In this document: positions 23,522 to 37,615 of the stretch, in pieces
Layout: each line of letters begins with the position of its first letter
How positions within the stretch are numbered: position 1 is the stretch's first letter
DNA from: Eledone cirrhosa
Lineage: Eukaryota
Length of the DNA stretch: 64,000 bases
Direction of reading: 5' to 3'
Assembly (NCBI GenBank): GCA_964016885.1
Contig: OZ024759.1
Coordinates: 17,980,001 to 18,044,000, forward strand
The notes under the pieces: generated by a model
Seen by the model: the letters and a program-made list of their open reading frames with translations, nothing else
Told to the model about the DNA's origin: nothing
The model's database searches: none
Translations under genes and position numbers: made by a program

Positions 23522-24959
23522 ATGCTCAGAAAATCATGTGATATGTACATATATTTGTGTAACCAGGCTGTTACACTCATCAGCATGGATGCCCAAGTCA
23601 TAAGATAGTTCTGTACAGTGTGTATTAGCTGTTACCACAGGATATGGAATCTAGTATATATAAAGAGAGAGGGAGAATTTGGTATTTATGTTTATTCTTT
23701 ATTTATGTTGTGTAATGAGGTTTATTTTTCAACATAGTCTCTGGAAAGAAACAATGTAGATATTAATAAGAAGAATTGAAATTAATGCATGCAAGATTTC
23801 ACAGCTCTAGCATCACTCCTTCATAGTCAGGAAATGAACTTTGCAGCCCACCCTCATAGTTCTATGACAAAAAAAAGCACCTAGTTCACTTTGTATTGTT
23901 ATCCTCATGGTTACATGTTGAAAAGCAGCCTATCCACCCTGCAACGTAGTAGTGGTGTTGCCATGAAAATAAAGCTCCCAGTACACGCTGTACTGTCCTT
24001 GGTGTTAGGAAGAGCATCCAGTCGTAGAAAACCAAGCCAAAAATAAATCTGTTTGAGCAATGCATGCCGAGCTGACCTAGCTAGCCTTATAACATAACAG
24101 CCTGTCTAACTCTTGCAAGCCATAGAAAATAGACATTAAACAGTGTTGCTGATGATGATGATGATAATGTTGTTGCTATTGTTGGTGGTGGTGGTGGCAA
24201 CGGCTTTTACAGCGACGGTGGCAGTAATTCTCTATGTCCCAAAACTTCAACATCCCGATTGACAAATAAATATCAGAATTGAATAAAGTTAAGTACCAGG
24301 GTCATTATGATCAAATAAATCCTTGTCAAGGCAGTGCTCCAGTGTGGCTCCAGTCTAATGACTAAAATCAGTGATATATATATATATGTATATATATAAA
24401 AGGAAAAAACAAATGAATACAATAGATCAAAGACTTTATGTTTGCAGATTTGATTTAGTGTTTGTGAAACAAATCAATTACTTAAGTGTGACAGCATCAA
24501 ACGAAGCAGAGATCTGTTAAGTCATTTTCACAATGGTTTTCTAGTTTGTCTAAAATTATGGAATGTCATTCTTGTGTGTCCAGAATTTTGGAATGGTAAT
24601 CTAGTTTGTAGGCAGTCAATTTGCGGAGCCGTTAGAATATCTGACAGAATGCCTTATGGTATTTGTTCCAGCTCTCTTACTCAGTTCAAATCATGCTGTA
24701 ATCAATTTTGCCTTTCATCCATTCGAGATCAATAAAATAAAAGTACCAGTCGAGTACTGGGGTCGATTCTTCCTCTATATCCCTTTCTCAATTCCATTCT
24801 GTCACTCCCTATTCTTCGCTGGAAAAAATCTTCTGTATTCAAACCTGGAGAGGAGATGGGCTCTGCCAGGTCTAAAAGTGCTGGCATAATGGTGTGTGTC
24901 AACATCACACCCTTACAACTCTCTCAAGAGTTACAGGACCATGTATGTATGTATGTATG

Positions 24960-25215
24960 GAGTCTTGTTTGTCCAGAATTATGGAATGGTATTCCTGTAT
25001 GTCCAGAATTATGAAATGGTATTCTGTGTATCCAGAATCATGTAATGATAGATTGGTATTCTAGAATTATGGAATGGTATTCTTATTTGTCTAGAATGGT
25101 GTTCTAGTTTGTCCAGAATTATGGAATGGTATTCTTGTAGGTCCAGAATAATGGAATGGTATTCTAGTTTGTCCAGAACAATGGAATGGTATTCTTGTAG
25201 GTCCAGAATAATGGA
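24960..25215. repeat. ~30-bp minisatellite
   Basis: Unit GTCCAGAATTATGGAATGGTATTC(TTGTAG/TAGTTT); older units at 24530-24610. Confidence 0.85.
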
Positions 25216-25404
25216 AAGCAATGATAGAATGAGGAATTTAATTTTATCAAAAGAAGGAATTGAATTACAGAAAGAAAGAAAGGAAAAGCGTCAATGCAAG
25301 GCAGCTGATTCAAGTGTAAAACGGTGACCTTAAATAGGATTTTGACATCTCTTCCGCCTTGGTTCCATGGGATCCTTAGGAAGTTAGACAGCACAGCAGC
25401 ATTG

Positions 25405-25890
25405 ATCCACCCCACCATCACCACTTCCATCACAGTCACCGTCACCACCAGCACTACTACAACCAACACCACCATCAGCTGCTGCAGCAGCAGCACCACC
25501 ACCACAATCAGCAGCACTACAACCACAGCCACCATCAGCAGCACCACAACCACAACCATCAGTACCACCACAAACACAACCACTACCACCACTACAACAA
25601 CCTCCACTACAACCACAACCACCGCCACCAACACTGCCAGCACCCCCACCACCACAATCAGCAGCAGCAGCAGCAGCAGCACAACCACAACCACCATCAT
25701 CAATGCCGCCACCATCACCACAACCACAACCAACACCATCACCATCACCACCCCAATCAACGCCACCACCACCACAATCACCAACACCATAATCACCCCC
25801 ACAAACACCACAACCACCACCGCCGCCACCACCACTACTACCACCACTATCACCACCTCAATCAACACCATCACAACCACCACCATTATT
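25405..25890. repeat. Compound (CAC/CAG/ACA)n low-complexity tract
   Basis: Source of the Thr-rich and Val-rich ORFs. Confidence 0.85.
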
Positions 25891-26375
25891 TACTAGTTGG
25901 TTTGTTGTGATAGAAGGAACCATTTATATTTAATGGATTTGGTGTTTAGGAATGAATGGTAAGGGAGTAGGAGTGGGGGGGGGGGTGAGGTGTTTGAGGG
26001 CCGGGGGTGGGGGGGGGGTGAATTCGGAGGGGTGTGGCTTGGAGTGCCAAGGGAGTGTGAATGGAAGCATGAGAGGTAGGGATGGGCGAAGGAAGGGTGT
26101 GAGGAATGGGCGAACCGACTAAAAGGACAATAATTTATTTCTAGAATGTCAGAATAAAGACCTAGTGGTAAAGATGTTGGACTTACGATCATAATGTTAT
26201 GAGTTCGATTCCTGGACTGGGTTGTGTGTTTATTTCCTGAGCAAAACACTTCATTTCAAACATTGTTCCAGTACACTCAGCTGAAAATGAGTACCAGCAA
26301 TACCTGGGAGCAAGGTCCTTGTTTCAGTGGGGTACCTTTTCAAACATCTATATTTTATTTTTTGTTTATTTGATA

Positions 26376-26563
26376 TAATTGCTTCTACGTTTGGCACAAG
26401 GCCAGCAATTACCCAGTACATTACTGGTACTTTATTTTATCGACCCAGTAAGGATGAAAGGCAAAGTTGACCTCGGCGGGATTTGAACTCAGAATGGAAA
26501 GGGCCATAACTATATGCGTCAAAGCATGGCGTTCGACCCTCTACCGATACTGCCAATCCACCG
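26376..26563 (-). mobile_element. SINE family 1 copy; further partial or rearranged copies at 26915-27530
   Basis: Reverse complement of the family 1 consensus. Confidence 0.85.
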
Positions 26564-29147
26564 TTTATTTGATATAATAAATTCTTTTTAAGCTTATTTT
26601 TTTCATATCTGAACTTCATTTGAATATATAAAATTTAATTAGCGTAAAATTTTACTTATGTGATAGAGTCAGGGAAAGGCACCATAAGCAATTTATGCTC
26701 CTTTAAGAATCAACAAATGTTGGTTTGTCCCCCTCACATTTTTAAGGTAAACGAGGCCCCTGCCTGGGGGTTTTTACCCTGTGATAGACTACCATCCTGT
26801 CCAGTTGGAGCGGAGCCTTGAGCTCTCAGTTGCTTAACTCTAAGGAAACTGGGATAAACACCAGACTTATGAGTTACCAGGCTTGGTACAGGCTTTAACA
26901 TTTCAGAAAACATATGACAGTATCGGTAGAGTGTCAGATGCCATGCTTTGCAGCATAGAGTTACAGCCCCTTATGGTCTGAGTTCAAATCCTGCCGAGGT
27001 GCATGACTGGTGCTTTATTTTATAATCTCCGTAAGGATGAAAGGCAAAGTTAACCTCGGTGGGATTTGAACTCAGAATGTAAAGGGCCATAACTCTATGC
27101 TGCAAAACATGGTGTCTGATGCTTTACCGATTCTGCCAATATACCGTCCTATACTATAAGTCACTTACACTATGATATAAGGCACTTACACTATAATCTA
27201 TAATTGTTTCTACTTTTGGCACAAGGCCAGGAATTATCCCAGTGCATTACTGGTACTTTATTTTATCGACCCCGTAAGGATGAAAGGCAAATTATAAGTT
27301 GGATTGGACCTGTAATTGAAAGCTCGGAAATCCCTTGACATTCAGTGCCCCAGCATGGCCACAGTCTGATGCCTGAAACCAGTAAAATAATTGTTTCTAC
27401 TTTAGGCACAAAGCCAGCAATTATCCCAGTGTATTACTGGTACTTTATTTTATCGACCCCGTAAGGATGAAAGGCAAAGTTAACCCTGGTGGGATTTGAA
27501 CTCAGACCATAATGGGCCGTAACTCTATAATGAAAGAATATATCATTGTTTTCTTTCCTATATTACTAATTCAAATTAGCTCTAGCCTTTCCTACCTTGC
27601 CCTCCACTCTTTATAAAATGTGACCTTTTATTTAGTTGCAAAGAAATCAAATGTTTCTATCAAAAATATTTAGTTTTGATGTTAAGTAGATAAAAATAGT
27701 GGCAAAGGAAATGGTTGAGTGCAAAACAAATAACAAAAACTCACAAAAATCTTTTTAAAAAAAGAAAAAAATTGAAATTACTTACAAAAAATAAATAAAT
27801 ACTTAAAATAAAATAAGATACTTTTTTTTTTTTAAATTAACAAAACATATGTATAAAAACGAAGGAACACAAAATAAAATAACCTTTTTTTGAAAAAATT
27901 TTATTTATATTCCGTCAATTTTCACAGCAATATGAAACAAATTAATTACATAATTTACATCTTTGATAAATGAATTGTCAAGTTACAAGTGAAAAATGGC
28001 TTTTGTCTTGTGTTGTTTGTTGTTTGTTTGTTTGTCTTCATTTTACTTGCCTTTTTGTTTGTTGGCTTTTCTTTGTTTGTTTGTTTTGGGTTTGTTTTCG
28101 AAAGTAAAAACAACTACTAAAACAACTACAGCAGGCCAAATTGAAAAATAATAAAAATAAAAAATAAAAATGAAAAATGAAATGAAAATAGATATACAAA
28201 GAAAGAGATGAAAAATCTTGTATTGTTTCTTGTTTGTCTTCTTCTAACTTTCCATTTTTTGTTTTATTTTTGTTTTCGAAAGTAAAAACAACTACAAAAG
28301 ACCAAATTGAAAGGTTTTTTTTTGTTTGTTTGTTTTTTGTTTTTTTTTTTTCGAAAGTAAAAACAACTACAAAAAGACCAAATTGAAAATTAAAAATAAA
28401 ATTAAAAAATAAAAAATAAAAATAAAAAATAGAAATAAAAATATAAAAATAAAAAATAAAAAATAAAAATAATAAAATATAGAAAATAAAAAGGTAATGT
28501 AAATAGATATACAATGAAAAGAAATGAAAAATATGCATAAGTGAATTGTTTTTTGCCAGCATGAAATGTTTTGTGAAGTTGTGACAATAAAAAATAGAAA
28601 GAAAGAATACAATTAAGAACTGAAATAATAGGAAAGAATTTAAATTTTACGCAATAGAAATAATATGAGGAAGCTGATGGTGGTGGTGGTGGTGGGGATA
28701 ATGATGATGAAGCTAAAGATGATGATGATGATGATGATGTTGGTGATGGCGATGAAGAGGAAGCTGAAGATGATGGTGATGATGGTGATGAGGATGATGA
28801 AGGGGAAGGAAGCTGATGATGATGATAATAAGGACTGGGAGGAAGAGGATATGGTTGTAGCTTCTTTGAAATATCATATATGTGTTTGTTTGCTTCTACA
28901 TGTTCTTTGGTATTCCTTGTTATTCTTTAACAACACTTTTGCCCCCACCCCTCCTCGACCCCCACCCTTACCTCATTTTACCTCCTTCCTATTTTAATGG
29001 TGAGATCAAGTCAGGTGTAAATATGCATTGGGTTTGTGATTAAGGTGGGTATTTTTTTTTTTTTGCTCACAAATTGTAATGTTAGTAGTTGGATTTCTGG
29101 ATCAGGCAGCATTATATTCTTTGATGCTCATTAATATTCTTGGAAAG

Positions 29148-29372
29148 GGGGTGGTGGATTGGCAGTATCGGTAGAGGGTTGGATGCCATGCTTTGCAGCA
29201 TAGAGTTACGGCCCTTTACGATCTGAGTTCAAATCTCGCCGAAGTCAACTTTGCCTTTCATCCTGATGAGGTCGATAAATAAAGTACCAGTCACATACTG
29301 GGGGTCGATTTAATCGACTTTCCCCTCCCCCAAAATCGTTGGCCTTGTGCCTATACAAGAAACCATAATTAT
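29148..29372 (+). mobile_element. SINE family 1 copy (long-tail variant)
   Basis: A and B boxes, body, plus a GGGGTCGATTTAATCGACTTTCCCC segment. Confidence 0.85.
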
Positions 29373-29439
29373 TCTTGGAAAGGGGATTTAAATAACAATA
29401 ATGTGCCAGTTTCAGCCTTCAGTTATCAGAAGAAGGGGG

Positions 29440-29900
29440 TAGTAGTCTATCTTTAATTCAGTATTCGTGCCAGCCCTTATCTATGGTCCTGAATCTTGGC
29501 TTATGACCGAAAGAATATGTTCTCGAATACATGTGGCCAAAATGGGGTTCCTTCATAGAGTCTTTGGAGTAATGTTACTCAAGAGCATACATAGCTGAGA
29601 GAGCCACTCCAGGTAGAGCCACAGCTTCTCAATTTGAGAGATCACAGCTCTGATATTACAAGTATGTGGTTAGAGTGTGTCAGGAAAGAATCACTGGACA
29701 GATTTCACATGCAAAACCAACCAGCAGGAGACCCAGGAGTAGACTCCAATCAAGAGAGTTGGATAACATCCGTGAGCTCAGCTGATCTCACTTTGGGATC
29801 CAGCCAGATCAATTGAAGATAGTTGCTTCTTACAGGGCTTGCTGAAAGGAGTGTTTGAGGACTCTGTCTCCATGACCCTCTCAGGAATAAGAGGGCCCAG
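29440..29900 (+). pseudogene. Degraded RTE-1/Expander-like LINE C-terminus
   Basis: Reads VPALIYGPESWLMTERICSRIHVAKMGFLHR, the YG.E.W.MTER motif of RTE elements. Confidence 0.6.
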
Positions 29901-31030
29901 AAGAAGAAGAATTTGCACTCTCATTCTCTCTGTACCTGTCTGTTTGGTCTATCTTTGAGGTCAGCTCTCATCACCTCTGCCCAAGTGTTTCTTCGTCTAC
30001 TTCTACTGCAGCTTTCATCCACTAGGATTTCCTGGCACTTCTTCACCCGGTAATCCTCATCCATACACATCACATGTCTGTACCAATGCAGTCTTCTCTC
30101 CTACACATCACCTTGGATTCCTCTTAAACTCATCTTCTCCCTTAGCTCAGCCAAGCTCTGCCTTTCTCTCACATTTACATTGTACATCCAATGAACCCCA
30201 TGACATTTTTGGGAATATTTTAATGTTTTCAGTTATTTTAGTAGTCCAAGTAACACAATCTATAAGCCACACATCATCACAAGGACAATGTAAATGTTTT
30301 ATATCTGGTCTTTTTAATTATTATTATTTTTTAAAACTTTAATTGGCATTTGATTGGATTTCATAAAAGTAATCTTCTTTAGAAAAAGCTGCCTTGACAA
30401 AGTACATCTGTAGTTGGCAGCAAACTTGTTATTGTTTGAAGCTGATAGCTTGAGAGTGTATGTATACCTGTGTGTGTGGATGTATATATGCATGTGTCTC
30501 TGTATGTATATATGTATGTGTGTGTATGTATGTATGCATGTCTCTGTATGTATGCATCTGTGTGTGTGCGTATATATATGTGTAAGTGTCTGTGTGTGTA
30601 TGTATGCATGCATATATGCAATGTATATAATGTATTTATGTATCTGTAACTCCTGATGTAGTCGTAGGGGAGATGTAGTGATATACATTTTGGTTATTCC
30701 ATCCGCTCATCAGGTGTGATCACAACTGATTTCTTCCAGAGAAGGAGATTGAGAGAGAGAGAGAGAGAGAAATGAATTGTGAAAGAAATCTAGAGGTAGC
30801 ATCAACCCCCATTACTAGACTAGTGCTTTTTAATGACTTTGACAGGATGAAAGTCAAAGTTGATCTCAGGTGGGATTTGAACTCAGAGAATACAGAGAAC
30901 CAGAACAAATACCACCAAAGCATTTGATCTGACATTCTAATGACTCTCCTAATACTCTACCTATTTGAGACGAACCTGGTAAAGTGTGTTAGTAAAGGGA
31001 CATGACTATCAGAATGACACCCAAACAAAT

Positions 31031-31625
31031 TTAACCCTTTAGTATTTACATTACTCTATATGTACTACATCACGAGACTTATGAGTGGCAAGCGGCTCAG
31101 CGAATGTATCTGTATCAGTGAGCTGCTCAATATTACCAAACTTAGACTAATTAAATCAATTGTCAAGTCAAGAGTACTCGAACTATATGGTCATATAAAA
31201 AGATCAACTCGTGGCGTGAGTAGGTTATGCCTGGAAGGAAGGTTGGCTGATAAGAGAAGCAGAGGCTGGCAACCAGATTGTTGGCTTGATAATGTCAACT
31301 TATAAACTGGACTTGGTCTTTGCTCTTTAAACTCTGCTGCTGGTGATCAAACTTTGTGGAGAAAATTATCTGATGTTGATGCACAGTTTACAACTGGTGG
31401 AGTTTAGTGAAGGTGAGAGCAAGATATTTACTATTATATTTTTACAGTAAAGGCTTTATCTTCCATAATTATCTCACATCATATCAAATATCTGAGATGT
31501 TGATATTATCTATTTTGAAAACAATACCTTAGTGTAGGTATGAGCAGCCAGTTATAGCCTGTTTGAACAGAGACAGGTGAGAGAGTTCTGGTCGGATATG
31601 GCTGGTTTAAATGCTAAAGGGTTAA
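31031..31625. mobile_element. piggyBac-like MITE carrying a nested RTE fragment (about 31060-31423, +)
   Basis: TTAA CCCTTTAG ... CTAAAGGG TTAA ends; the insert encodes LELYGHIKR..LEGRLADKRSRG..WLDNV. Confidence 0.75.
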
Positions 31626-31859
31626 ACCTACATTTGTTTCTTCCAGATAAGTATGTTGATGAATTGAATTAAGTGTCTGAAATTAGATTACACAACAGAA
31701 GTATACGCCATAGATGTCACTGATCTACTTAACTATATTATAATACTCTCTAAAGTAAAATAAGTCTTAGTTGACAATCACCATGACTTGTTAAATACTA
31801 TTTCCCATTCAAAGCAACACCTAACTTTCTAATAAGTGTGTGAGGCAACTATTACGTTA

Positions 31860-32490
31860 TTACTGTTGTTGTTGTTGTTGTTGTTGTGATCATTATTATT
31901 ATCATTGTTATTGTCATCATTATCATCACTATCGCCATTGTCATTGGTTTATTGTCGGTGTCATCATTGCCATTGTTGTCTTCATTGTCTTCATCATTGT
32001 CATCATCATCATTGTCACCACCACCACCATCATCATCGTTATCATAATCGTCATCATTATCATCATCACTGTCATCATCATCACTCTTATCATCATCATC
32101 ATCATCATTTCGACAAACAGCATCATTTCGACAAACAGCATCATTGTCATCATCATCATCATTTCCATAATCATCATCATTGCCATCATCATCATCGTTA
32201 ACATCATCATCATTTCCATAATCATCATCATCATTTCCATAATCATCATCATTTCCATAATCATCATCATTTCCATAATCATCATCATTGCCATCATCAT
32301 CATCGTTTACATCATCATCATCATCATTGTCATCATCATCATCATCATCATCATCATCGTTATCATCATCATTTCCATCATCATCGTTATCATCATCATC
32401 ATTATTGTCATCATCATCATCATCGTTATCATCATCATTTCCATCATCATCATCATCATTGTCATCATAATCATCATCATCATTATTGCT
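31860..32490. repeat. (ATC)n compound microsatellite
   Basis: Source of the poly-I/D/M/H/S ORFs. Confidence 0.9.
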
Positions 32491-32637
32491 GTCACCATGC
32501 TGAGTCATGAGGATCTGTATATTTAGTTGATCAACCAACTGAATGTTTCTTGTGAAAACCCAACAAAGGAACAATCAAATTATCTCCACACCTTACTGAC
32601 TTACAGACCCTGTACCCCAGCCCCTCATCATCATCAT

Positions 32638-32866
32638 TTAACCCTTTAGCATTTAAACCTGCTAAATCTGACCAGAATTCTCTCAATTATTTCAGTTCAA
32701 ACCAGCTGTAACTGGCCACTCATACTGATGTTAAGGTGTTGTTCTCTAAATAAATAATATCAAAATCTCATAAATTTGATATTATGTGAAATAATTATGT
32801 GAGGTAAACCCTTTACCATGAAAATATAATAGTAAATATAGAGTAATGTAAATACTAAAGGGTTAA
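32638..32866. mobile_element. piggyBac-like MITE
   Basis: TTAA CCCTTTAGC ... CTAAAGGG TTAA; inserted in an RTE 3' tail. Confidence 0.8.
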
Positions 32867-33019
32867 TGTCTATTTTCCACGCTAGCATGGGTAGGCCCCT
32901 ATATAACCAATATCCCTAAGTTACCCCTTTGCCTCTCGAAGGAGAGAGCATTGTAGGGAATACTGTCATGAACTTCACACCTAACTGGCCTCGAAACCCT
33001 GCCTCCACTCCCCTATCTT

Positions 33020-33580
33020 GCCAAAATCCCCTACCACACCTACCCTATCAATATCCTTTCCACCCACACCTAACCAATCCCCTACCATCACCCCCTCCCT
33101 ACAAATACTCTTCCCCCCCTTCTCCTACCCACACCTAACCAATCCCCTACCATCACCCCTCCCTACAAATACTCTTCCCCCCTTCTCCTACCCACACCTA
33201 ACCAATCCCCTACCATCACCCCCTCCCTACAAATACTCTTCCCCCCTTCTCCTACCCACACCTAACCAATCCCCTACCATCACCCCCTCCCTACAAATAC
33301 TCTTCCCCCCTTCTCCTACCCACACCTAACCAATCCCCTACCATCACCCCTCCCTACAAATACTCTTCCCCCCTTCTCCTACCCACACCTAACCAATCCC
33401 CTACCATCACCCCTCCCTACAAATACTCTTCCCCCCTTCTCCTACCCACACCTAACCAATCCCCTACCATCACCCCCTCCCTACAAATACTCTTCCCCCT
33501 CTTCTACCCACACCTAACCAATCCCCTACCATCACCCCCTCCCTACAAATACTCTTCCCCCTCTTCTCCTACCCACACTG
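33020..33580. repeat. 63-65-bp C-rich minisatellite (about 8 units)
   Basis: Unit CCCACACCTAACCAATCCCCTACCATCACCCCCTCCCTACAAATACTCTTCCCCCCTTCTCCTA. Confidence 0.92.
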
Positions 33581-33976
33581 CTCCTCCTCTAACCAATATC
33601 CCTTCCGACCTGCCACTACCTCCCCTTCTCCCTTACCTTTATCTCCCCTCCTGCCCACCCATGCCCCAGTTCTTTCTGAAAGAATTTTTTAAAATGTGAA
33701 ACATTAGTGTGAGGGATATTGTTGCTCACCTGTAAATGAGTTCCTTTCCAGCACATCTGGAATTACTTCATTAAATATTACTTTATTAAACACTGCTCTT
33801 TTTTTTGAGGGAGGATCTTCTCTTCTGTATGCCCTCCCCCATATTCATATTTTTTGTTCCTCTTGCTTCTTTCACTTATTTTCATTTTTTGTTTCTTCTT
33901 TTTTGTTTTTTTTTATTTCTAATTCTTCCTTCGTATGTTCTTTCCGCACTGTTATGTTATTTTTTCTTTCTTTTCC

Positions 33977-34007
<31 letters not shown>

Positions 34008-34585
34008 CTTCTTCCACTTCTTCTTCTTCTTTTTCTTCTTTTTCTTCTTTTTCTTCTTTTTCTTCTTTTTCTTCTTTTTCTTCTTCTTCTTCTTCCTCCC
34101 TCCATTGTTATTCAGTTCATTGCCTTCTACCCCCCTTTCCCCCTCCGCCATTCTTTTATTCCTTTTTCTATATCTACTTCATTCTTTTTTCTCTCCACCA
34201 CCTTCATCATCATCACCAGCAACAACATCAAAGCCACTAACAACACCGTCACCACAACCAGCACCATCATCAACGCTACAACCATCACCAATAGCAACTA
34301 CACAACACTACCAATACCACCACAAACATCACTAACATCAATACCTACCACCACCACCACCAACATCAACACCGCCACCACCACTCTAACACCACCAGCA
34401 CCACCCCAATACAACCACCACCACCCTAATACCACCACCAACAACAACACCACAACCACTACAGTCACCCTAATACCCTCACAACTCCCACCACCATCGC
34501 CACCACATCCACTACAAGCACCGCAACCATCATCACCACCATCACCAACACTACCACTTCTATTGCCACCATCACTGCAACCACC

Positions 34586-34617
<32 letters not shown>

Positions 34618-35234
34618 CACCACCATTTTCTAAAGAAAATATCTTTGCTGACACAATAAAGGACAGAAAATAGGGCAAACAGTAATTAGGTCCTTAATTA
34701 TACACAGTGGTGGTGGTAGTGGCGATGGTGCCAGTGGTGGTGATGGTGGAGGTGGTGGCGGTGGTGCCAGTGGTGGTGATGGTGGAGGTGGTGGCGATAG
34801 TGATGGTGGTGGTTGTGGTGGCGATGGTGCCAGTGGTGGTGATGGTGGAGGTGGTGGCGATAGTGCCGGTGATGGTGGTGGTGGTGGTGGTGATGACAGT
34901 GGTGTATGTTGCAGCAGTTGTTGAGGTAGTAGTAGTGCTAGTAGTACTACTACTACTAGTAGTAGTGGCTATTTTATTTTTTATTGCATGCAATCTCTTC
35001 ATTACTGAGCACAGTTATATGAGCCATAGCTAGGTGCAGTGTTATGTTTTGGTGTTGTTCTTTCTCTTGTATGAAACATACCTTAAGTAATATATGTTTA
35101 CAGTACCCAGATAATGCTATATTCTGAATGTCAGACATATATGTAAATCTTGAAGTCTTGGATTTAGTATATGTGTGTCTTTGTGTGTGTTTTTTTTTAT
35201 ATTTCCCATGGTACCTATTATTATACAGATTAAT

Positions 35235-36030
35235 GGATCGGATCAGTGCAATCAATAATGATGGCATAGTTCCATTGAACTTGTTTAATTTTTGGAGTCC
35301 ACGATTGGTATGTCATATATACCATGACTAGTGGACTAGTGCCATCAATAATGACAACAGTAACCTTAAATGTATTTAACTTTTGGAGTCTGGGATTGCT
35401 TTATCATATGTACCATGACTAGTGGACCAGTGCCATCAATAATGACAACAGTAGCCTTAAATGTATTTAACTTTTGGAGTCTGGGATTGCTTTATCATAT
35501 GTACCATGACTAGTGGACCAGTGCTATCTATATTGGCAACAGTAGCCTTAAATGTATTTAACTTTTGGAGTCTGGGATTGCTTTATCATATGTACCATGA
35601 CTAGTGGACCAGTGCTATCTATATTGGCAACAGTAGCCTTAAATGTATTTAACTTTTGGAGTCTGGGATTGCTTTATCATATGTACCATGACTAGTGGAC
35701 CAGTGCTATCTATATTGGCAACAGTAGCCTTAAATGTATTTAACTTTTGGAGTCTGGGATTGCTTTATCATATGTACCATGACTAGTGGACCAGTGCTAT
35801 CTATATTGGCAACAGTAGCCTTAAATGTATTTAACTTTTGGAGTCTGGGATTGCTTTATCATATGTACCATGACTAGTGGACCAGTGCTATCTATATTGG
35901 CAACAGTAGCCTTAAATGTATTTAACTTTTGGAGTCTGGGATTGCTTTATCATATGTACCATGACTAGTGGACCAGTGCTATCTATATTGGCAACAGTAG
36001 CCTTAAATGTATTTAATTTTTGGAGTCTGT
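35235..36030. repeat. 91-bp minisatellite (about 8-9 units)
   Basis: GTACCATGACTAGTGGACCAG recurs at 35410, 35501, 35592, 35683, 35774, 35865 and 35956. Confidence 0.95.
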
Positions 36031-36218
36031 CATATATACCAGTAATATACAGCTAGATCCGAAGAGATCAGAAGTGTTCGGATCTAGCTGTTGAAACGGC
36101 AGGAGCTCATCCATCGGGCTTCCAAATTTTTCATATTACCCACTCTGCTACTCCAAGTATCGAGTACTCTGATGAGTAACTGGTTTTTACAGAATCCATT
36201 CTGAATTATATATACATA

Positions 36219-36556
36219 TGGAGGCACATGGCTTAGTGGTTAGAGCATTGGGCTTGCAATCGAAAGGTTGTGAGTTCAATTCTCAGACCGGGTGATGTGT
36301 TGTTTCCTTGAGCAAGACACTTTATCTCACATTGTTCCAGTTTACTCAGCTGTAGAAATGAGATGATAGGACTGGGGTCCCTATCATTCCACTGCAAAGT
36401 GGTCGTGGAAGTGCCACGGCAAAAAAGCACCCAGCACTCACTGTAAATGAGGTTGGTGTTAGGAAGGGCATCCAGCTGTAGAAATGAAGCCAGAATCAGT
36501 TTCTGTCCCACCCTTGCAAGCAGGGAAAAGTGGACGTAAAATGATGATGATGATGA
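36219..36556 (+). mobile_element. SINE family 2 (tRNA head, CORE-like body, RTE-derived tail)
   Basis: A box TGGCTTAGTGG, B box GAGTTCAATTC, CCTTGAGCAAGACACTT core, TTGGTGTTAGGAAGGGCATCCAGC and (GAT)n tail. Confidence 0.88.
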
Positions 36557-36563
36557 TTTATAC

Positions 36564-36598
<35 letters not shown>

Positions 36599-36706
36599 CA
36601 TATATATATGTATATATATATATGTATATATATATGTATATATATATGTATATATATATGTATATATATATGTATATATATGTATATATATATGTATATA
36701 TATATG

Positions 36707-36741
<35 letters not shown>

Positions 36742-36780
36742 GTATATATATATGTATATATATATATATATATGTATATG

Positions 36781-36821
<41 letters not shown>

Positions 36822-36984
36822 TTATGGCTGATGATTAACACAACATAAGGGAGACATCAAATACATTGTGTGTGTGTATAAAGTTACAGTCAGAAATATA
36901 TATTTATATAAATAATAAAACACACCTGGTGTTTTGTTATGGGTCATTGTTTCTGTTTTCTCCACATTCCAGTTTTTATTATTG

Positions 36985-37615
36985 TGGATTGGCAATATCG
37001 ATAGCGAGTCGGGCAACATGCTTTATGGCATTGAGTTATGGCCTTTTACGTTCTGAGTTAAAATCCTGCCAAGGTTAGCTTTGCCTTTCATCCGATGAGG
37101 TCAGTAAAATAAAGTACCAGTAACACAATGGGGTTGATTTAAGCGACTTTCCCCTCGCCCGAAATTGCTGGCCTTGTGCCGATAGTGGAAATCATTCTTA
37201 CTATTAAGGGCGGTGGATTGCCAGTATCGGTAGAGCGTCAGACGCCATGCTTTTCAGCATAGAGTTATGACCATTTACATTCTGATTTCGAATCTTGCCG
37301 AGGTTAACTTTGCCTTTCATCCTTACAGGGTCGATAAAATAAAGCACCAGTAATGTACTGGGGTAATTGCTGGCCTTGTGCCAAAAGTAGAAACATTTAT
37401 TAAGGATGGTGGGTTGGCAGAATCGGTAGAGCTTCAGGCAGCATAGAGTTACGGCTCTTTACGTTCTGAGTTCAAATCCAGCCGATGTTAACTTTGCCTT
37501 TCATCCTTATGGGGCTAATAAAATAAGATACCAATCATACACTGTGATCGATTTAATCGACTTTCCCTTGCCCCCAAAATTTCTGGCCTTGTACCTGAAT
37601 CAGAAACCATTACTA
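36985..37615 (+). mobile_element. Three head-to-tail SINE family 1 copies
   Basis: Heads at about 36985, 37208 and 37405, each following the ATT-type tail of the previous copy. Confidence 0.85.

Noticed and set aside
31840-32574. Asp-, Ile- or His-rich ORFs
   Set aside because: (ATC)n microsatellite.
33730-33824. Minus-strand exon REDPPSKKRAVFNKVIFNEVIPDVLERNSFT with donor GTGAGC
   Set aside because: Good donor and open frame, but the acceptor is purine-rich, there is an in-frame stop just upstream, and no homology was recognised.
35235-36030. CRISPR-like array (also the 45-bp and 48-bp arrays)
   Set aside because: Units are contiguous with no unique spacers, there are no cas genes, and the context is eukaryotic.
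36225-36300. tRNA genes at SINE heads
   Set aside because: A and B boxes are present, but each continues into a SINE body and I could not build a full cloverleaf.
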